Assembly (NCBI GenBank): GCA_934636425.1
Contig: CAKUAV010000001.1
Span: forward strand, 6,072 to 70,071
DNA: 64,000 bases
Source: an uncultured Clostridia bacterium
GTDB lineage: Bacteria > Bacillota > Clostridia > Christensenellales > Aristaeellaceae
Direction of reading: 5' to 3'
The translations under genes were made by a program, and so were the position numbers. The stretch's first letter is position 1. Every line of letters begins with the position of its first letter. Positions 25,912 through 38,325 of this stretch are shown piece by piece. The notes beneath the pieces were generated by a model. That model made no database searches and was not told the origin of the DNA. It was given only the letters and a program-made list of their open reading frames with translations.

Positions 25912-28524
25912 CTAGATGTCGTCGTCGTTCTCCGGCTCGGGGTCGCTCTCGAGGGAATCAACCAGCCGGTCGAGCGCATCCGGCGCGTCGGACTGCTTTT
26001 CAGTCGGCGCGTCGTCCAGATCGATTCCGTCGATCGCGTCGGCGGTGCGAACCTCGCCGGTGTCCTCGTCGTCGGCGGTTTCCTCGTCGGCCTCGGCGCG
26101 CGCCACGCCCATCACCTTGCAGCCGGCCTCGACGCGCATCAGCCGCACGCCCTGCGTGTTGCGGCCCAGCGTGGATATGCCGTCAACCGGCATGCGGATG
26201 ATCGTGCCGTCGTCGGTGATGAGCAGTATGTCCTCGTCCTCGTGGACGGGCAGCTGGCAGCACATCCTGCCGGTCTTGTCGGTCAGATTCATCGCCTTGA
26301 TGCCCTTGCCGCCGCGGCTCTGCACGCGGTATTCCTCGGGACGGGTGCGCTTGCCGTAGCCCAGCTCTGTGATGGAGAGCACCTGCGCGTCCTCCTCGAC
26401 GGGCGTCATGTCGACCACCTCGTCGTCCTCGTCCAGCTCGATGGCCTTCACGCCCATGGCCGCGCGGCCTATGGGGCGCATGTCGGTCTCGGGGAAGCGG
26501 ATGGCCATGCCGTCGCGCGTGCCCAGCAGTATGTCGAAGCTGCCGTCGGTCAGCGCCACGCGGATCAGCTCGTCGTCCTCGCGCAGCACGATGGCGATCA
26601 GGCCGCTCTTGCGCAGATTGGCGAACTCGTCAAGGCTGGTGCGCTTGATGAGGCCGTTCTTCGTCGCCATGACCAGATAGTGCCCCTCGACGCGCTCGCG
26701 CGGCATGGGCAGCATGACGGTGACCTTCTCGCCGCCGTCGAGCTGCAAAAGGTTGACCACGGCCGTTCCGCGCGCCGTGCGGCTCGCCTCGGGGATCTCG
26801 TGGCAGCCCAGCTGATAGACGCGCCCGCGGTTGGTGAAGAACAGTATCGGATCGTGCGTGGAGACGACGTACATCTGCTCCACATAGTCCTCGTCGCGCG
26901 TGGCCGCCGCCATAACGCCCTTGCCGCCGCGCTTCTGGGCGCGATAGGTCGACTTGCTCAGGCGCTTGACATAGCCGAAGTGGGTCATGGTGACCACCAT
27001 GTCCTCCTCCTGGATCAGATCGAGCGTCTCGATTTCGTCCTCGACCGCCGCGATTTCGGTGCGGCGCTCGTCGGCGTACTTGCGGCGAACCTCCAGCATT
27101 TCGGTCTTGATGATGTCCATAACCATCCACTCGTTGGCCAGCACGTCCTTGAGATGCGCGATGGTCTGCTCGATCTGGGCGTATTCGTCCTGCAGCTTGT
27201 CGCGTTCCAGTCCGGTCAGGCGCTGCAAACGCATATCGAGTATGGCCTGCGCCTGCTTGTCGGACAGGCCGAACGTGCTCATCAATCCGTCGCGCGCCTC
27301 CTGCGTGGTGCGGCTGGCGCGTATGAGCGAAATCACCGCGTCGATGCGGTCGAGCGCGATGAGCAGGCCTTCCAATATGTGGGCGCGCGCCTCGGCCTTG
27401 TTGAGGTCGTAGCGGGTGCGGCGCGTCACAACGTCCTTCTGGTGATCGACATAGTGCGAAAGCATATGCTTGAGCGAGAGGATTTTCGGCGTGCCGTCCA
27501 CCAGCGCCAGCATGATCGCGCCGAAGGTTTCCTGCATCTGGGTGTGCTTGAAGAGGAAGTTGAGCGCCACATTGGCGTTCACGTCGCGCTTCAGCTCCAC
27601 GACGATGCGCATGCCCTCGCGGTCGGATTCGTCGCGCACATCGGAGATGCCGTCGAAGCGCTTTTCGTGCACCAGCTCGGCGATTTTCTCCACAAGGCGC
27701 GCCTTGTTGACCATATAGGGGATCTCGGTCACGACGATGCGCTGGCGGTTGCCGCTCATGGCCTCGATGTCGGTGCGCGCGCGCATGATGATGCGGCCGC
27801 GGCCGGTGCGATAGGCCTCGTGTATGCCCGCCTTGCCCAGAATCAGGCCGCCGGTCGGGAAGTCGGGGCCCTTTATGAACTGCATCAGATCCTCGCAGGT
27901 GCAGTCCGGATGGTCGATCAGATAGACCGTGCCGTCTATGACCTCGCCCAGATTGTGCGGCGGGATGTTTGTGGCCATGCCCACGGCGATGCCGTTCGAG
28001 CCGTTGACCAGCAGGTTCGGGAAGCGCGCGGGCAGCACGGCGGGCTGCATCAGCGTTTCGTCGAAGTTGGGATAGAAATCAACCGTTTCCTTGTCCAGAT
28101 CGGCGAGCATTTCCATCGCCATTTTGGACATACGCGCCTCGGTATAGCGCATGGCCGCCGCGCCGTCGCCGTCGACCGAGCCGAAGTTGCCCTGGCCGTC
28201 CACCAGCGGATAGCGGATGTTGAAGTCCTGCGCCAGGCGCACCATGGCGTCGTACACGGAGGAATCGCCGTGCGGGTGATATTTACCAAGCACATCACCG
28301 ACGATACGCGCCGATTTGCGGTAGGGCTTGTCGGGCGTTACGCCCAGTTCCATCATGGAGTAGAGGATACGACGATGAACCGGCTTGAGACCGTCGCGCA
28401 CATCGGGCAGCGCGCGGGTCACGATCACCGCCATGGAATAGGCGATGAACGATTTTTCCAGCTCTTCCTTCATATCGATCGGCATAAGATGGCCGATGTT
28501 CATTTCATCAGGCAAAAGGAGCAC
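25912..28524 (-). CDS. gyrA: DNA gyrase subunit A
   Basis: Signature sequences are [18 protein letters not shown] and the catalytic region AAMRYTEAR. An acidic C-terminal tail is present. The exact start is ambiguous: GTG 28524, TTG 28515 (best RBS spacing) or ATG 28503. Confidence 0.97.
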   Translation of the reverse strand: MLLLPDEMNIGHLMPIDMKEELEKSFIAYSMAVIVTRALPDVRDGLKPVHRRILYSMMELGVTPDKPYRKSARIVGDVLGKYHPHGDSSVYDAMVRLAQDFNIRYPLVDGQGNFGSVDGDGAAAMRYTEARMSKMAMEMLADLDKETVDFYPNFDETLMQPAVLPARFPNLLVNGSNGIAVGMATNIPPHNLGEVIDGTVYLIDHPDCTCEDLMQFIKGPDFPTGGLILGKAGIHEAYRTGRGRIIMRARTDIEAMSGNRQRIVVTEIPYMVNKARLVEKIAELVHEKRFDGISDVRDESDREGMRIVVELKRDVNANVALNFLFKHTQMQETFGAIMLALVDGTPKILSLKHMLSHYVDHQKDVVTRRTRYDLNKAEARAHILEGLLIALDRIDAVISLIRASRTTQEARDGLMSTFGLSDKQAQAILDMRLQRLTGLERDKLQDEYAQIEQTIAHLKDVLANEWMVMDIIKTEMLEVRRKYADERRTEIAAVEDEIETLDLIQEEDMVVTMTHFGYVKRLSKSTYRAQKRGGKGVMAAATRDEDYVEQMYVVSTHDPILFFTNRGRVYQLGCHEIPEASRTARGTAVVNLLQLDGGEKVTVMLPMPRERVEGHYLVMATKNGLIKRTSLDEFANLRKSGLIAIVLREDDELIRVALTDGSFDILLGTRDGMAIRFPETDMRPIGRAAMGVKAIELDEDDEVVDMTPVEEDAQVLSITELGYGKRTRPEEYRVQSRGGKGIKAMNLTDKTGRMCCQLPVHEDEDILLITDDGTIIRMPVDGISTLGRNTQGVRLMRVEAGCKVMGVARAEADEETADDEDTGEVRTADAIDGIDLDDAPTEKQSDAPDALDRLVDSLESDPEPENDDDI

Positions 28525-28547
28525 CTCCAGCTTTTATTCGGGGGTCG

Positions 28548-28592
28548 CGCGCCCTCTCACGGTCTTTGTCCGTGGTCGGGCGCGGTTTTTTT
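28548..28592 (+). terminator. terminator-like hairpin oriented antisense to the gyrB-gyrA operon
   Basis: Two-tier stem (CGCGCCC..CACGG / CCGTG..GGGCGCG) is followed by GTTTTTTT on the plus strand only. It lies in the 75-nt gyrB-gyrA spacer. Confidence 0.5.
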
Positions 28593-28599
28593 GAGCGCG

Positions 28600-30579
<1,980 letters not shown>

Positions 30580-30581
30580 TT

Positions 30582-30610
30582 ATTATAGCACTTTTCTGCA
30601 CATTTATCCA
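30582..30610 (-). promoter_or_regulatory. candidate gyrB promoter with an extended -10
   Basis: Minus strand reads TGGATA, a 17-nt spacer, then TGcTATAAT (plus-strand ATTATA at 30582-30587). Confidence 0.6.
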
Positions 30611-30698
30611 GCCCTTTCCGCGCTTTTGCGCACACTCTTAACCGAAGCGATCGTCACAAAAAAGAGCCGATTGCTTTCACCAAATAAACGCCGCGGGA

Positions 30699-30727
30699 TT
30701 GCTTTTTTCGCACGGGCGGTCTATAAT
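30699..30727 (+). promoter_or_regulatory. candidate promoter for the PatB/MalY-like gene
   Basis: TTGCTT, a 17-nt spacer and TATAAT (30722-30727) lie about 40 nt upstream of the ATG at 30767. Confidence 0.6.
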
Positions 30728-30766
30728 GGTTTCATGAAAGCTTCTCATACAAAGGGGGATATAACC

Positions 30767-31918
30767 ATGTTTTCGTTTGACGAGGGTGTGACACGCGCCG
30801 GCACGAACTGTGAAAAGTGGGACGAGCGCAAGGCGGTTTTCGGCACGGAGGACGTGCTGCCCATGTGGGTGGCCGATATGGATTTCGCCGCGCCGCAGCC
30901 GGTCATAGACGCGATGGCGCGCCGCGTTGCTCACGGCGCATTCGGCTATACGGCGATCACAGACGCGGATTACGACGCCGTGACCGGATGGATGAAGCGC
31001 CGCCACAATCTGGACGTCGAAAAGAGCGACGTTCTCTTCTCGCCGGGCGTTGTGGACAGCCTGCGCGTCGCCGTCGCCGCCGTCACGGAGCCGGGCGACA
31101 CTGTGGTCATACTCACGCCGGTCTACGGCCCGTTCTACGCCAGCGCAGAGGCCGCGCAGTGTCAGATTCGCCGCTGTCCGCTCGCTCAGAACAGCGCGGG
31201 CTGGCGCATCGATTTCGACGCTCTCGAAGCGGCGCTCAAGGCGGGCGCAAAGGCGCTCATGCTGTGCAATCCGCACAACCCCGTCGGCCGCGTGTGGACG
31301 CGCGCGGAGCTCGAAGTGGTCTGCTCGCTCGCCCGCGAAAACAACGTGACCGTCATCTCGGACGAAATCCACGCCGATCTCGAAATGCCCGGCTACAAAG
31401 TCACGCCGATACTTTCTGTCGAGCCGAACGCCATACAGCTGATCTCCGCGACGAAAACGTTCAATCTGGCCGCGCTGCGCCATTCCTCGGTGCTGATCAA
31501 AAACGCCGATCTGCGCGCGCGCTTCAAGGCGGAATACGACAAGCGCGGCATAGACGGCATCAATCTCTTCGGCGCGCTGGCTCAGCGCACGGCCTATAGC
31601 GAGGGCGAAGCGTGGCTGAACGAGCTGCTCGCCTACATCGACGGCAACCGCCGCGTCGTGGAAGAGGCGCTGGACGGCACGGTCGTCAAATACAGCCGCC
31701 TCGAGGCAACGTATCTGATGTGGCTGGATATGCGCGCGCTCAATCTGAATCAGAAGGATCTTATGCGCTTTGTGGTTGAAAAGGCGCACCTCGGCCTGAA
31801 CGACGGCACATCCTTCGGCGAAGAGGGCGCGGGCTTCGTGCGCCTGAACCTCGCCACGCCGCGCAAAAACGTCGTCGAGGCGATGGCTCGCCTGACCGCC
31901 GCGCTCAAAACGCTGTAA
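30767..31918 (+). CDS. MalY/PatB family PLP-dependent cystathionine beta-lyase / aminotransferase class I-II
   Basis: RBS AAAGGGGG is present. The N-terminus (RAGTNCEKWD...VLPMWVADMDF) and the PLP-lysine motif SATKTFNLAAL are characteristic. I chose the start downstream of the promoter rather than the 5'-extended ORF (30518). Confidence 0.88.
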   Translation: MFSFDEGVTRAGTNCEKWDERKAVFGTEDVLPMWVADMDFAAPQPVIDAMARRVAHGAFGYTAITDADYDAVTGWMKRRHNLDVEKSDVLFSPGVVDSLRVAVAAVTEPGDTVVILTPVYGPFYASAEAAQCQIRRCPLAQNSAGWRIDFDALEAALKAGAKALMLCNPHNPVGRVWTRAELEVVCSLARENNVTVISDEIHADLEMPGYKVTPILSVEPNAIQLISATKTFNLAALRHSSVLIKNADLRARFKAEYDKRGIDGINLFGALAQRTAYSEGEAWLNELLAYIDGNRRVVEEALDGTVVKYSRLEATYLMWLDMRALNLNQKDLMRFVVEKAHLGLNDGTSFGEEGAGFVRLNLATPRKNVVEAMARLTAALKTL

Positions 31919-31940
31919 TTCATCCCCCAAAATACGCATA

Positions 31941-31985
31941 AACGCGCCGCGCGCTCCTGCAGAGTATGGGAGCGCGCGGCGCGTT
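31941..31985. terminator. 17-bp perfect GC-rich hairpin 22 nt after the patB-like stop
   Basis: Stem AACGCGCCGCGCGCTCC / GGAGCGCGCGGCGCGTT with an 11-nt loop. No T-run follows on plus. A T-rich tract (TTATGCGTATTTTGG) follows on minus. Confidence 0.55.
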
Positions 31986-32039
31986 GTCATGGCCGGACAT
32001 GCTCTGCGCAGAGAAGTTCGGCAGTTCTCCATCGCGCCT

Positions 32040-32500
32040 CATCGCACGCTATGGCGTGTCGATCACAGCCCGCCTTCCCCTGCATGTGACGCCCCACGCA
32101 TCCTCCCCGCCAAACCATCCGACCAGATCAGTTCGAACGCAAAAGCCGTGCGCGTCACGGGACATGATCGTGACCCGCGCCCCAATCCACGGTCTGCCTT
32201 TCGCATATGGAATTCCGCATGTTCTTCCCCCCAAGGCCGTCCAGCCAAATCAGCCCTCACACAAAACGCGTCGCGCACATCCTGCCCTCTGAACGCGCGG
32301 CACATTGTCATGGCCAGACGCGCTCCACGAGGGGCGTTCAGCAGTCCTTACTGCGCTTCATCACGCGTTATAGAGCGCCATACGGCCGCGCCCGCATTCC
32401 CCCTGCTGCCCGTGTTCTTCCCTCCAAAACTATCCGGCCAGATCACCCCAACGCGACAGCTGCAACATTTTGTCCCTCCGTACGATTTCCTCACAAAACG
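32040..32500. repeat. degenerate internal repeats in a 640-bp ORF-poor spacer
   Basis: Three diverged units share TTC(C/T)CC(C)..AA..ATCCG(A/G)CCAGATCA-like cores near 32098, 32217 and 32409. They loosely resemble the 9.4-9.7 kb repeat core (CCCGCAAACAATCCATCACC). Confidence 0.4.
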
Positions 32501-32550
32501 CAAAAACCGCCGCGCAATCCCTGCTTTTTTGCGGGACTGCGCGGCGGTTC
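32495..32550 (-). terminator. Rho-independent terminator after pepV
   Basis: On the minus strand, a ~17-bp stem with one mismatch (AACCGCCGCGCAGTCCC / GGGATTGCGCGGCGGTT) is followed by TTTGCGTTTTG. Confidence 0.8.
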
Positions 32551-32560
32551 GTCATATTGA

Positions 32561-33973
32561 TTACGCCTTTGCCAGCGTCTCAATGGCGTGGGCGAATATC
32601 TTGACGCTCAGTATGAACTTCTCCCAGTCGACGTATTCGTCCGGCATATGGCAGGTGTCGACGTCGCCGGGGAAGTTGATGCCGAACGCCACTGTGTTGG
32701 GCATCATGCGCGAATAGGTGCCGCCGCCGATGGCGATGGGATAGGCGGGCAGTCCGGTCACGTCGTGATAGACCTCGAGCAGACCCTTGACCACCTTGTG
32801 ATCGGCGCTCACATAGTGTACGGTGCGGCCGCTCAGACGGCGCACGGACAGCGGCGTGTCGGTCAGCTTGTAGCACATCTGGCCGAGGATCTTCTCCTCG
32901 CTGGTGGCCAGCGGATAGCGGATGTCCAGCGTCACCTCGAATTGACGGCCGTCGAAGCGCACCAGGCCGATGTTGCAGGTCAAATTGCCGCACTCCTTGT
33001 CCTCCGCGGCGATGCCGGCGCTCTGGCCGTCGCCCTCAACGCCGAAGTACTTGTCCATCGCCGCAACAGCGTCCTTCACGCCGCCGTCCGCGCCGATGCG
33101 CACGAGCGCGTTGAACAGAAGCCCCGCCGCGTTCAGGCCCAGCTCGGGCACGCTGGCGTGCGCCTGTATGCCGATCGTCTCGATCTGCGCGCGATTATCG
33201 CCCAGATCGGTCACGGTGAATTTGTAGTCCGCGCCGGAAAGACGCGCCTTCAGCGCGTCGACGCTCACATTTTTCGTGCCCACGACGGCGCGCGCCGTGC
33301 CGGGTACAACGTTCACGCGCTCGCCCGCCTCGATCGAATAGACCGGAAGAGACGCGCCGTCCTCGCCCGCGCACGCGCAGGACAGCAGTATGTTGACGCC
33401 GCCCTTTTCGATGTTGATCAGCGGATATTCCGCGTCGGGTGAGAAGCCGTAATCGGGCATTTTGACCTTCGATGCGTAGTATTTCAGGCCGCGCATGGCC
33501 ACCTCCTCGTCGCAGCCGAGGATCAGCCGCACGCCGTCCTTCAGCCGAACGCCCGCGTCCCGCACGGCGCGCATGGCATAGAGCGCCGCGATCGCCGGGC
33601 CTTTGTCGTCCATCACGCCGCGGCCGTACACGCGTCCGTCCGCCCGATCGCAGGCGAAGGGATCGTGCGTCCAGCCGTCGCCGGCGGGCACGACGTCCAG
33701 ATGCGCCAGCATGCCCAGCGTCTGCGCGCCCTCGCCCAGCGAAATATCGCCCGCATAGCCGTCGAAATTGCGCACGGCAAAGCCCATCTTTTCCGCGTCG
33801 GACAGCGCCTGATCGAGTGCCTTTCTCACGTTCTCGCCGAACGGCTTGCCCTCGCCCGCCGGTTCAACCGACGGGGAATCGATCGCCACCCATTTTTTGA
33901 GCGTCTCATAGATTTCGTCGCGCCAGCCGTCGATCAGCGCGTCGATTTTTTTGTTGTACTTTTCCATGGTCAT
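32561..33973 (-). CDS. pepV: M20 family dipeptidase (PepV / Sapep-type)
   Basis: Motifs are LGMLAHLDVVPAG and GRGVMDDKGPAIAA. Length is 470 aa. The start overlaps the uvrC stop (ATGA). Confidence 0.88.
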   Translation of the reverse strand: MTMEKYNKKIDALIDGWRDEIYETLKKWVAIDSPSVEPAGEGKPFGENVRKALDQALSDAEKMGFAVRNFDGYAGDISLGEGAQTLGMLAHLDVVPAGDGWTHDPFACDRADGRVYGRGVMDDKGPAIAALYAMRAVRDAGVRLKDGVRLILGCDEEVAMRGLKYYASKVKMPDYGFSPDAEYPLINIEKGGVNILLSCACAGEDGASLPVYSIEAGERVNVVPGTARAVVGTKNVSVDALKARLSGADYKFTVTDLGDNRAQIETIGIQAHASVPELGLNAAGLLFNALVRIGADGGVKDAVAAMDKYFGVEGDGQSAGIAAEDKECGNLTCNIGLVRFDGRQFEVTLDIRYPLATSEEKILGQMCYKLTDTPLSVRRLSGRTVHYVSADHKVVKGLLEVYHDVTGLPAYPIAIGGGTYSRMMPNTVAFGINFPGDVDTCHMPDEYVDWEKFILSVKIFAHAIETLAKA

Positions 33974-35838
33974 TTCTCCTCTCTGTTCTTGTGCAGGCTG
34001 TCGTATATGGCCTGCGCGGTCTGTGTGGATATGCCCTCGGCCTGACAGATGTCCTCGACCGAGGCCTTCTCGAGCGCTTCCATTGTCTCGAACTGCTGAA
34101 GGATCGCCTTTTTGCGCTTCGGCCCCACGCCGGGAATGTCGTCCAGGCGCGATTTGAGCGCCGCCGCCCCGCGCAGCGAGCGATGGTGCGATATGGCGAA
34201 GCGATGCGCCTCGTCGCGCAGCCGCTGTATGAGGTGCAGCGCCTCGCTGTGCCTGTCCAGCAGTATCGATTCGTCCTCGTCCGGCAGTATGATCTCCTCA
34301 ATGCGCTTGGCCAGGCCGAACATGGGGATGTTCAGACCCAGCGCCTGCTGCGCCCGCATCGCCGCGCCCAGCTGGCCGCGCCCGCCGTCGATCAGTATCA
34401 GATCGGGCAGCTCGGAAAACTTGCCGCCCTCATTGGGCAGCCCCTTTTCGGCGCGCTCCTTCTGCTCGTTTAGGCCGTGACTCAATCGGCGCGTGAGCAC
34501 CTCGTTCATCGAGGCGAAGTCGTTCGGCCCCTCGACGGTGCGTATTCGGAAATAGCGATAGTCGCGGTTGGCGGCGCGGCCGTTCTTCATCACGACCATA
34601 GAGCCGACCGACTGCGCGCCCTGCGTGTTGGATATGTCGTAGCCCTCGATGCGCGCGGGCAGCGTGGGCAGCCCCAGCACGCCCTGCAATTCCTCCAGCG
34701 CGCCGATTGTGCGCGCGCGGCTGGACGCGAGCTGCTTTTCGCGCTTCTCCGCCGCGTCGGCTGCGTTTTTCATGGCCATTTCGACCAGACGGCGCTTTTC
34801 GCCGCGCTGGGGGCAGCCGATCTTCACGCGCAGGCCGCGCTTTTCGCCGAGCAGCTCCTCCAGCACCGCCGATTCGGGAATCTCATGGCTCGTGAGGATT
34901 TCGCGCGCGGGCAGGCGGTCGTCGCCGTAATACTGCATGATGAACGAGAGCAGTATCTCGCCGCACTCCTCGTCGCCGGCGCGCTCGAGCATATGGTGCT
35001 CCGAGCCGATCATCTTGCCGCCGCGCACGATGAGCGTCTGCACCATCGCGTCGTCGCCGCGCTTGAGCACCGCCAGCACGTCCTGATCGCCGCCGCCGGT
35101 GACGATGGCCTTCTGCTTCTGCATGACCGATTCCACGGCAATGAGCCGGTCGCGGCAGAGCGCGGCGTGCTCGTAGTTGAGCTCCGCCGCCGCCGCGCGC
35201 ATCTGGCGGGTCAGCTCGGCCTTCACGCCGGAATCGTCGCCGGAGAGAAACTCCATCACGCGCTTCATCGTCGCCCTGTAGTCATCCTCCGAGATCAGCC
35301 CGGCGCAGGGGCCGGGGCATCGGCCGATCTGATGATGCACGCAGGGGCGCTGAACCTTGCCGGGCGAGAGCGCCTTAACGCAGCTGCGGATGGGAAACAC
35401 CGTGCGCACCACGTCCATCATTTCCCGCACCACCGTGGCGCTCATGAACGGGCCGAAATACTTCGCGCCGTCCTTTTCGGGGCGGCGCACCAGCTCGACC
35501 GCCGGATAGGGATCGGCCATGTTTACGCGGATGTAGGGATAGTGCTTGTCATCCTTGAGCAGTATGTTGTACCAGGGTCTGTGGCGCTTTATGAGATTGC
35601 ACTCGAGTATCAGCGCCTCCAGCTCGCCGTCCACCAGCACGATGTCGAAATCGTCCACCTTCTCGACCATCGCGCGCACCTTGGGCGTATGCTGTCTGCT
35701 GTCGTAAAAGTACTGCCGCACGCGGTTCTTGAGGTTGACCGCCTTGCCCACATAGATGATCTTGCCGCCCGATTTCATCAGATAGCAGCCGGGCGAATCG
35801 GGCAGATTTTCAATTTTGAGCTTCAGAGCGTCGTTCAT
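33970..35838 (-). CDS. uvrC: excinuclease ABC subunit C
   Basis: The GIY-YIG N-terminus is PGCYLMKSGGKIIYVGKAVNLKNRVRQY. A UvrB-interacting region and a C-terminal (HhH)2 domain (IPGVGPKRKKAILQQF) are present. Confidence 0.96.
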   Translation of the reverse strand: MNDALKLKIENLPDSPGCYLMKSGGKIIYVGKAVNLKNRVRQYFYDSRQHTPKVRAMVEKVDDFDIVLVDGELEALILECNLIKRHRPWYNILLKDDKHYPYIRVNMADPYPAVELVRRPEKDGAKYFGPFMSATVVREMMDVVRTVFPIRSCVKALSPGKVQRPCVHHQIGRCPGPCAGLISEDDYRATMKRVMEFLSGDDSGVKAELTRQMRAAAAELNYEHAALCRDRLIAVESVMQKQKAIVTGGGDQDVLAVLKRGDDAMVQTLIVRGGKMIGSEHHMLERAGDEECGEILLSFIMQYYGDDRLPAREILTSHEIPESAVLEELLGEKRGLRVKIGCPQRGEKRRLVEMAMKNAADAAEKREKQLASSRARTIGALEELQGVLGLPTLPARIEGYDISNTQGAQSVGSMVVMKNGRAANRDYRYFRIRTVEGPNDFASMNEVLTRRLSHGLNEQKERAEKGLPNEGGKFSELPDLILIDGGRGQLGAAMRAQQALGLNIPMFGLAKRIEEIILPDEDESILLDRHSEALHLIQRLRDEAHRFAISHHRSLRGAAALKSRLDDIPGVGPKRKKAILQQFETMEALEKASVEDICQAEGISTQTAQAIYDSLHKNREEK

Positions 35839-37226
35839 GCGCGCTCGTCCCTTCTCAGGCGCTCGAGCAGCGCTTCGTCCGGATCGCGGTCGGCGTAGCG
35901 CGCCGTCTCATAGACCGCAGCCAGCGCCTCGGGATCGGGCGCGTTCAGATCGGGCAGCGCCTCGCGCAGCGTGCGGCCGTCGGCGGGTATGCGGCCGCGC
36001 CTGTAGAGCGTGCGCACAAGATAGCGCGCCTTCTCCCGCGCGTCCATGAGCGTCCACTTCTTCTCGCGCTTGAACAGCGCGCTCCAGCGCCTTTTGAAGC
36101 CCTCGCTCATGTCCTTTCTGACGTCGCCCCAGTCGAGCAGGCTCTCCTGTTCGTCCTTATAGTCCTCGCCCGCGGCGCGCGTCACGCGGGCCATCCACGC
36201 GCCGATGCGCGCGGCCAGCGATTTCGCCATCCGCGCCAGCTTGCGAATTATGAAATAGAGCAGCGCCAGCACGATGACCGCCGCCGCCGCATAGGCGAAG
36301 TAGGTCATGATCTCCCAGAACTTCGACGGCTCCTGCGCCTCGGCCAGGCCGGACAGATCCATATCGCCCGCGCCGCCGCCCATGCCGCCGCCCGCCTGCT
36401 CGCTGCCGAAAAGGCGCATGAGCGCCATGATCGCCCGGCCGATCGCCGCCGTGACGACGCCCAGCAGCCATTCGGCCTTCTCCTTGAGCCAGTTAAAGCC
36501 CGCGATCAGCGCGCAGATCAATATGAGCCCGATCAACAGCGCGCGGTTGTGCCGGCGCATGGCGACCGGAGGCTTTACGCCCGTTCGGGAGGCCGCGCCG
36601 GTGTGCATCGCGCCGTCGTTGATCATCCACAGCGACGCGATCATAAACGCGCCGCCGCCCGCGCCCAGACACGCGTCCAGAGCGCGAGAGCGTATGGCGA
36701 TGGCCGCAATGCCCGCCACGCCATAGAGCACAATGCCCGCGATGACATTGCGCGAATCCGCGCTGCGCCCCGTCGCGCAGAATATGAGCGCCGCCGGCAT
36801 CACGACCGCCGGGGTCAGCGCCAGTATGACGCGCGTGAGCCAGTCGCCGGTCAGCCGCCACACCGGCCCGAAGAACAGATACAGCGCAATCGCAAAAAAC
36901 AGCGTGAAGCACACGGTCGCCCGCAGCGGAAAGGCGCGGCTCTTTTCCTCGTCCTCGTGGGTGTCCCGGCGCAGGTTGCGGTCGGGATCGGGGTCGCCCG
37001 AGCGGCTGGCGCGCACTTCAACGGCCGCGTCCGCCGCCTTTTTCTTTCCGCCCACATAGCCGGGCAGCAGCGACGTCACATACGCGATCGGCACCACGCA
37101 CGCCGTCATGACGAGCGGCGCAAAGCCGTCCTCGCCCAGCAGCGCAAAGCCGATCAGCAGCGGCGCGGGCATGAAGCACAGCAGGAAGTAAACCGCCTCA
37201 AGCAGTTTGCGCACGATTCTTTTCAC
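35835..37226 (-). CDS. DUF4129 domain-containing polytopic membrane protein (no transglutaminase core seen)
   Basis: There are multiple hydrophobic segments. The C-terminal region (REALPDLNAPDPEALAAVYETARYADRDPDE) is typical of DUF4129. It sits third in a MoxR-DUF58-X triad. Confidence 0.75.
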   Translation of the reverse strand: MKRIVRKLLEAVYFLLCFMPAPLLIGFALLGEDGFAPLVMTACVVPIAYVTSLLPGYVGGKKKAADAAVEVRASRSGDPDPDRNLRRDTHEDEEKSRAFPLRATVCFTLFFAIALYLFFGPVWRLTGDWLTRVILALTPAVVMPAALIFCATGRSADSRNVIAGIVLYGVAGIAAIAIRSRALDACLGAGGGAFMIASLWMINDGAMHTGAASRTGVKPPVAMRRHNRALLIGLILICALIAGFNWLKEKAEWLLGVVTAAIGRAIMALMRLFGSEQAGGGMGGGAGDMDLSGLAEAQEPSKFWEIMTYFAYAAAAVIVLALLYFIIRKLARMAKSLAARIGAWMARVTRAAGEDYKDEQESLLDWGDVRKDMSEGFKRRWSALFKREKKWTLMDAREKARYLVRTLYRRGRIPADGRTLREALPDLNAPDPEALAAVYETARYADRDPDEALLERLRRDERA

Positions 37227-38319
37227 GCCGCGTCCCCCTTTCCAGCTTCATCAGCGTGACCGAGTTGCCGCAGGCGCGCAGCCGGTCGATTCCCGCCTCG
37301 ACGGCCTCGCTGTCATACGCCGAGAGAATCAGTATGTCGGCGTTGCGCAGACCGCACAGCGTCTCGAGGAACGTCGGGAATGTCATCTCGCGGTGAATTT
37401 CCATACGCGCCATGGCGGTGAGCAGCGTCTCGAGCTGATCGGCGGCGCACCGCGCGGGGATATATACGGTCTTTCCGGTGTTCTTCTCGCCATACAGGCA
37501 GGCGTTCGCCGCAAAGCCCGCCTCCACGCCCATGCAGAGAGAACGCGCGCACAGCGTCGCCGCAATGCGTATGCCCTGCTCCACGCCCTCCTGCTCGTAG
37601 TCCATCAGATCGCCCCACTGCTCCTCGCTGGTCTGCACGTTGAGCACCACCAGCATTCTGGGATCGGCGGTGTAGTCGCGCGTCTTGACCTGCAATGAGC
37701 CCAGACGCGCCGACGCGCGCCAGTGTACGTCGCGCATGGGGTCGCCGCTTCTGTAATCGCGTATGCCGGAGACGAGAAACGGATCGGGCATGATCCAGCG
37801 CCTGACCGCCGCCTCGCCCTGCCAGCGGGTGGAGGGGACGTCCAGCTCGTCCTCATTGAGCAGCCTCGGGCACACGTCCAGCGCGCAGGGCAGATTCAGC
37901 TGCACGGTCTGCTGGCTCGTGCCCAGCAGGTCGCCCGCCGTCAGCGCCACCGAGCCGGCCTCGTAATGGCCGCGCTTGAGACAGGTCACGTCATGGCGGC
38001 GGCGAATCTGTGAAAACGGCCCCAGATAGAACACGGATTTGTGATACTGATCGGCGCTGATCTCGCGCGCGTCCTCGTTCTCGCCGCCGCGCCCAAAGCG
38101 CAGATGGGGCGATATGCGCGATTCGACGCGCACCCACGGCACGGGCAGTATCTTTCGGTTGCGGATGACCTCAACCAGCTCCACCCTCTCGCCCTCGGTG
38201 ACGCGCGGCCGGCTGAACGAGCGCGTGTACTCGATTTTCTTCAGCCCGAAGAAATGGCACAGCACGGCCTCGATCAGCGCCACAGCGCCCACCGAAACCA
38301 GTATCCAGAGGATATTCAT
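37198..38319 (-). CDS. DUF58 domain-containing protein
   Basis: There is an N-terminal TM helix. The motif IRDYRSGDPMRDVHWRASARLG is the DUF58 hallmark. It lies immediately downstream of the MoxR ATPase gene. Confidence 0.88.
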   Translation of the reverse strand: MNILWILVSVGAVALIEAVLCHFFGLKKIEYTRSFSRPRVTEGERVELVEVIRNRKILPVPWVRVESRISPHLRFGRGGENEDAREISADQYHKSVFYLGPFSQIRRRHDVTCLKRGHYEAGSVALTAGDLLGTSQQTVQLNLPCALDVCPRLLNEDELDVPSTRWQGEAAVRRWIMPDPFLVSGIRDYRSGDPMRDVHWRASARLGSLQVKTRDYTADPRMLVVLNVQTSEEQWGDLMDYEQEGVEQGIRIAATLCARSLCMGVEAGFAANACLYGEKNTGKTVYIPARCAADQLETLLTAMARMEIHREMTFPTFLETLCGLRNADILILSAYDSEAVEAGIDRLRACGNSVTLMKLERGTRREKNRAQTA

Positions 38320-38325
38320 CCGCCG

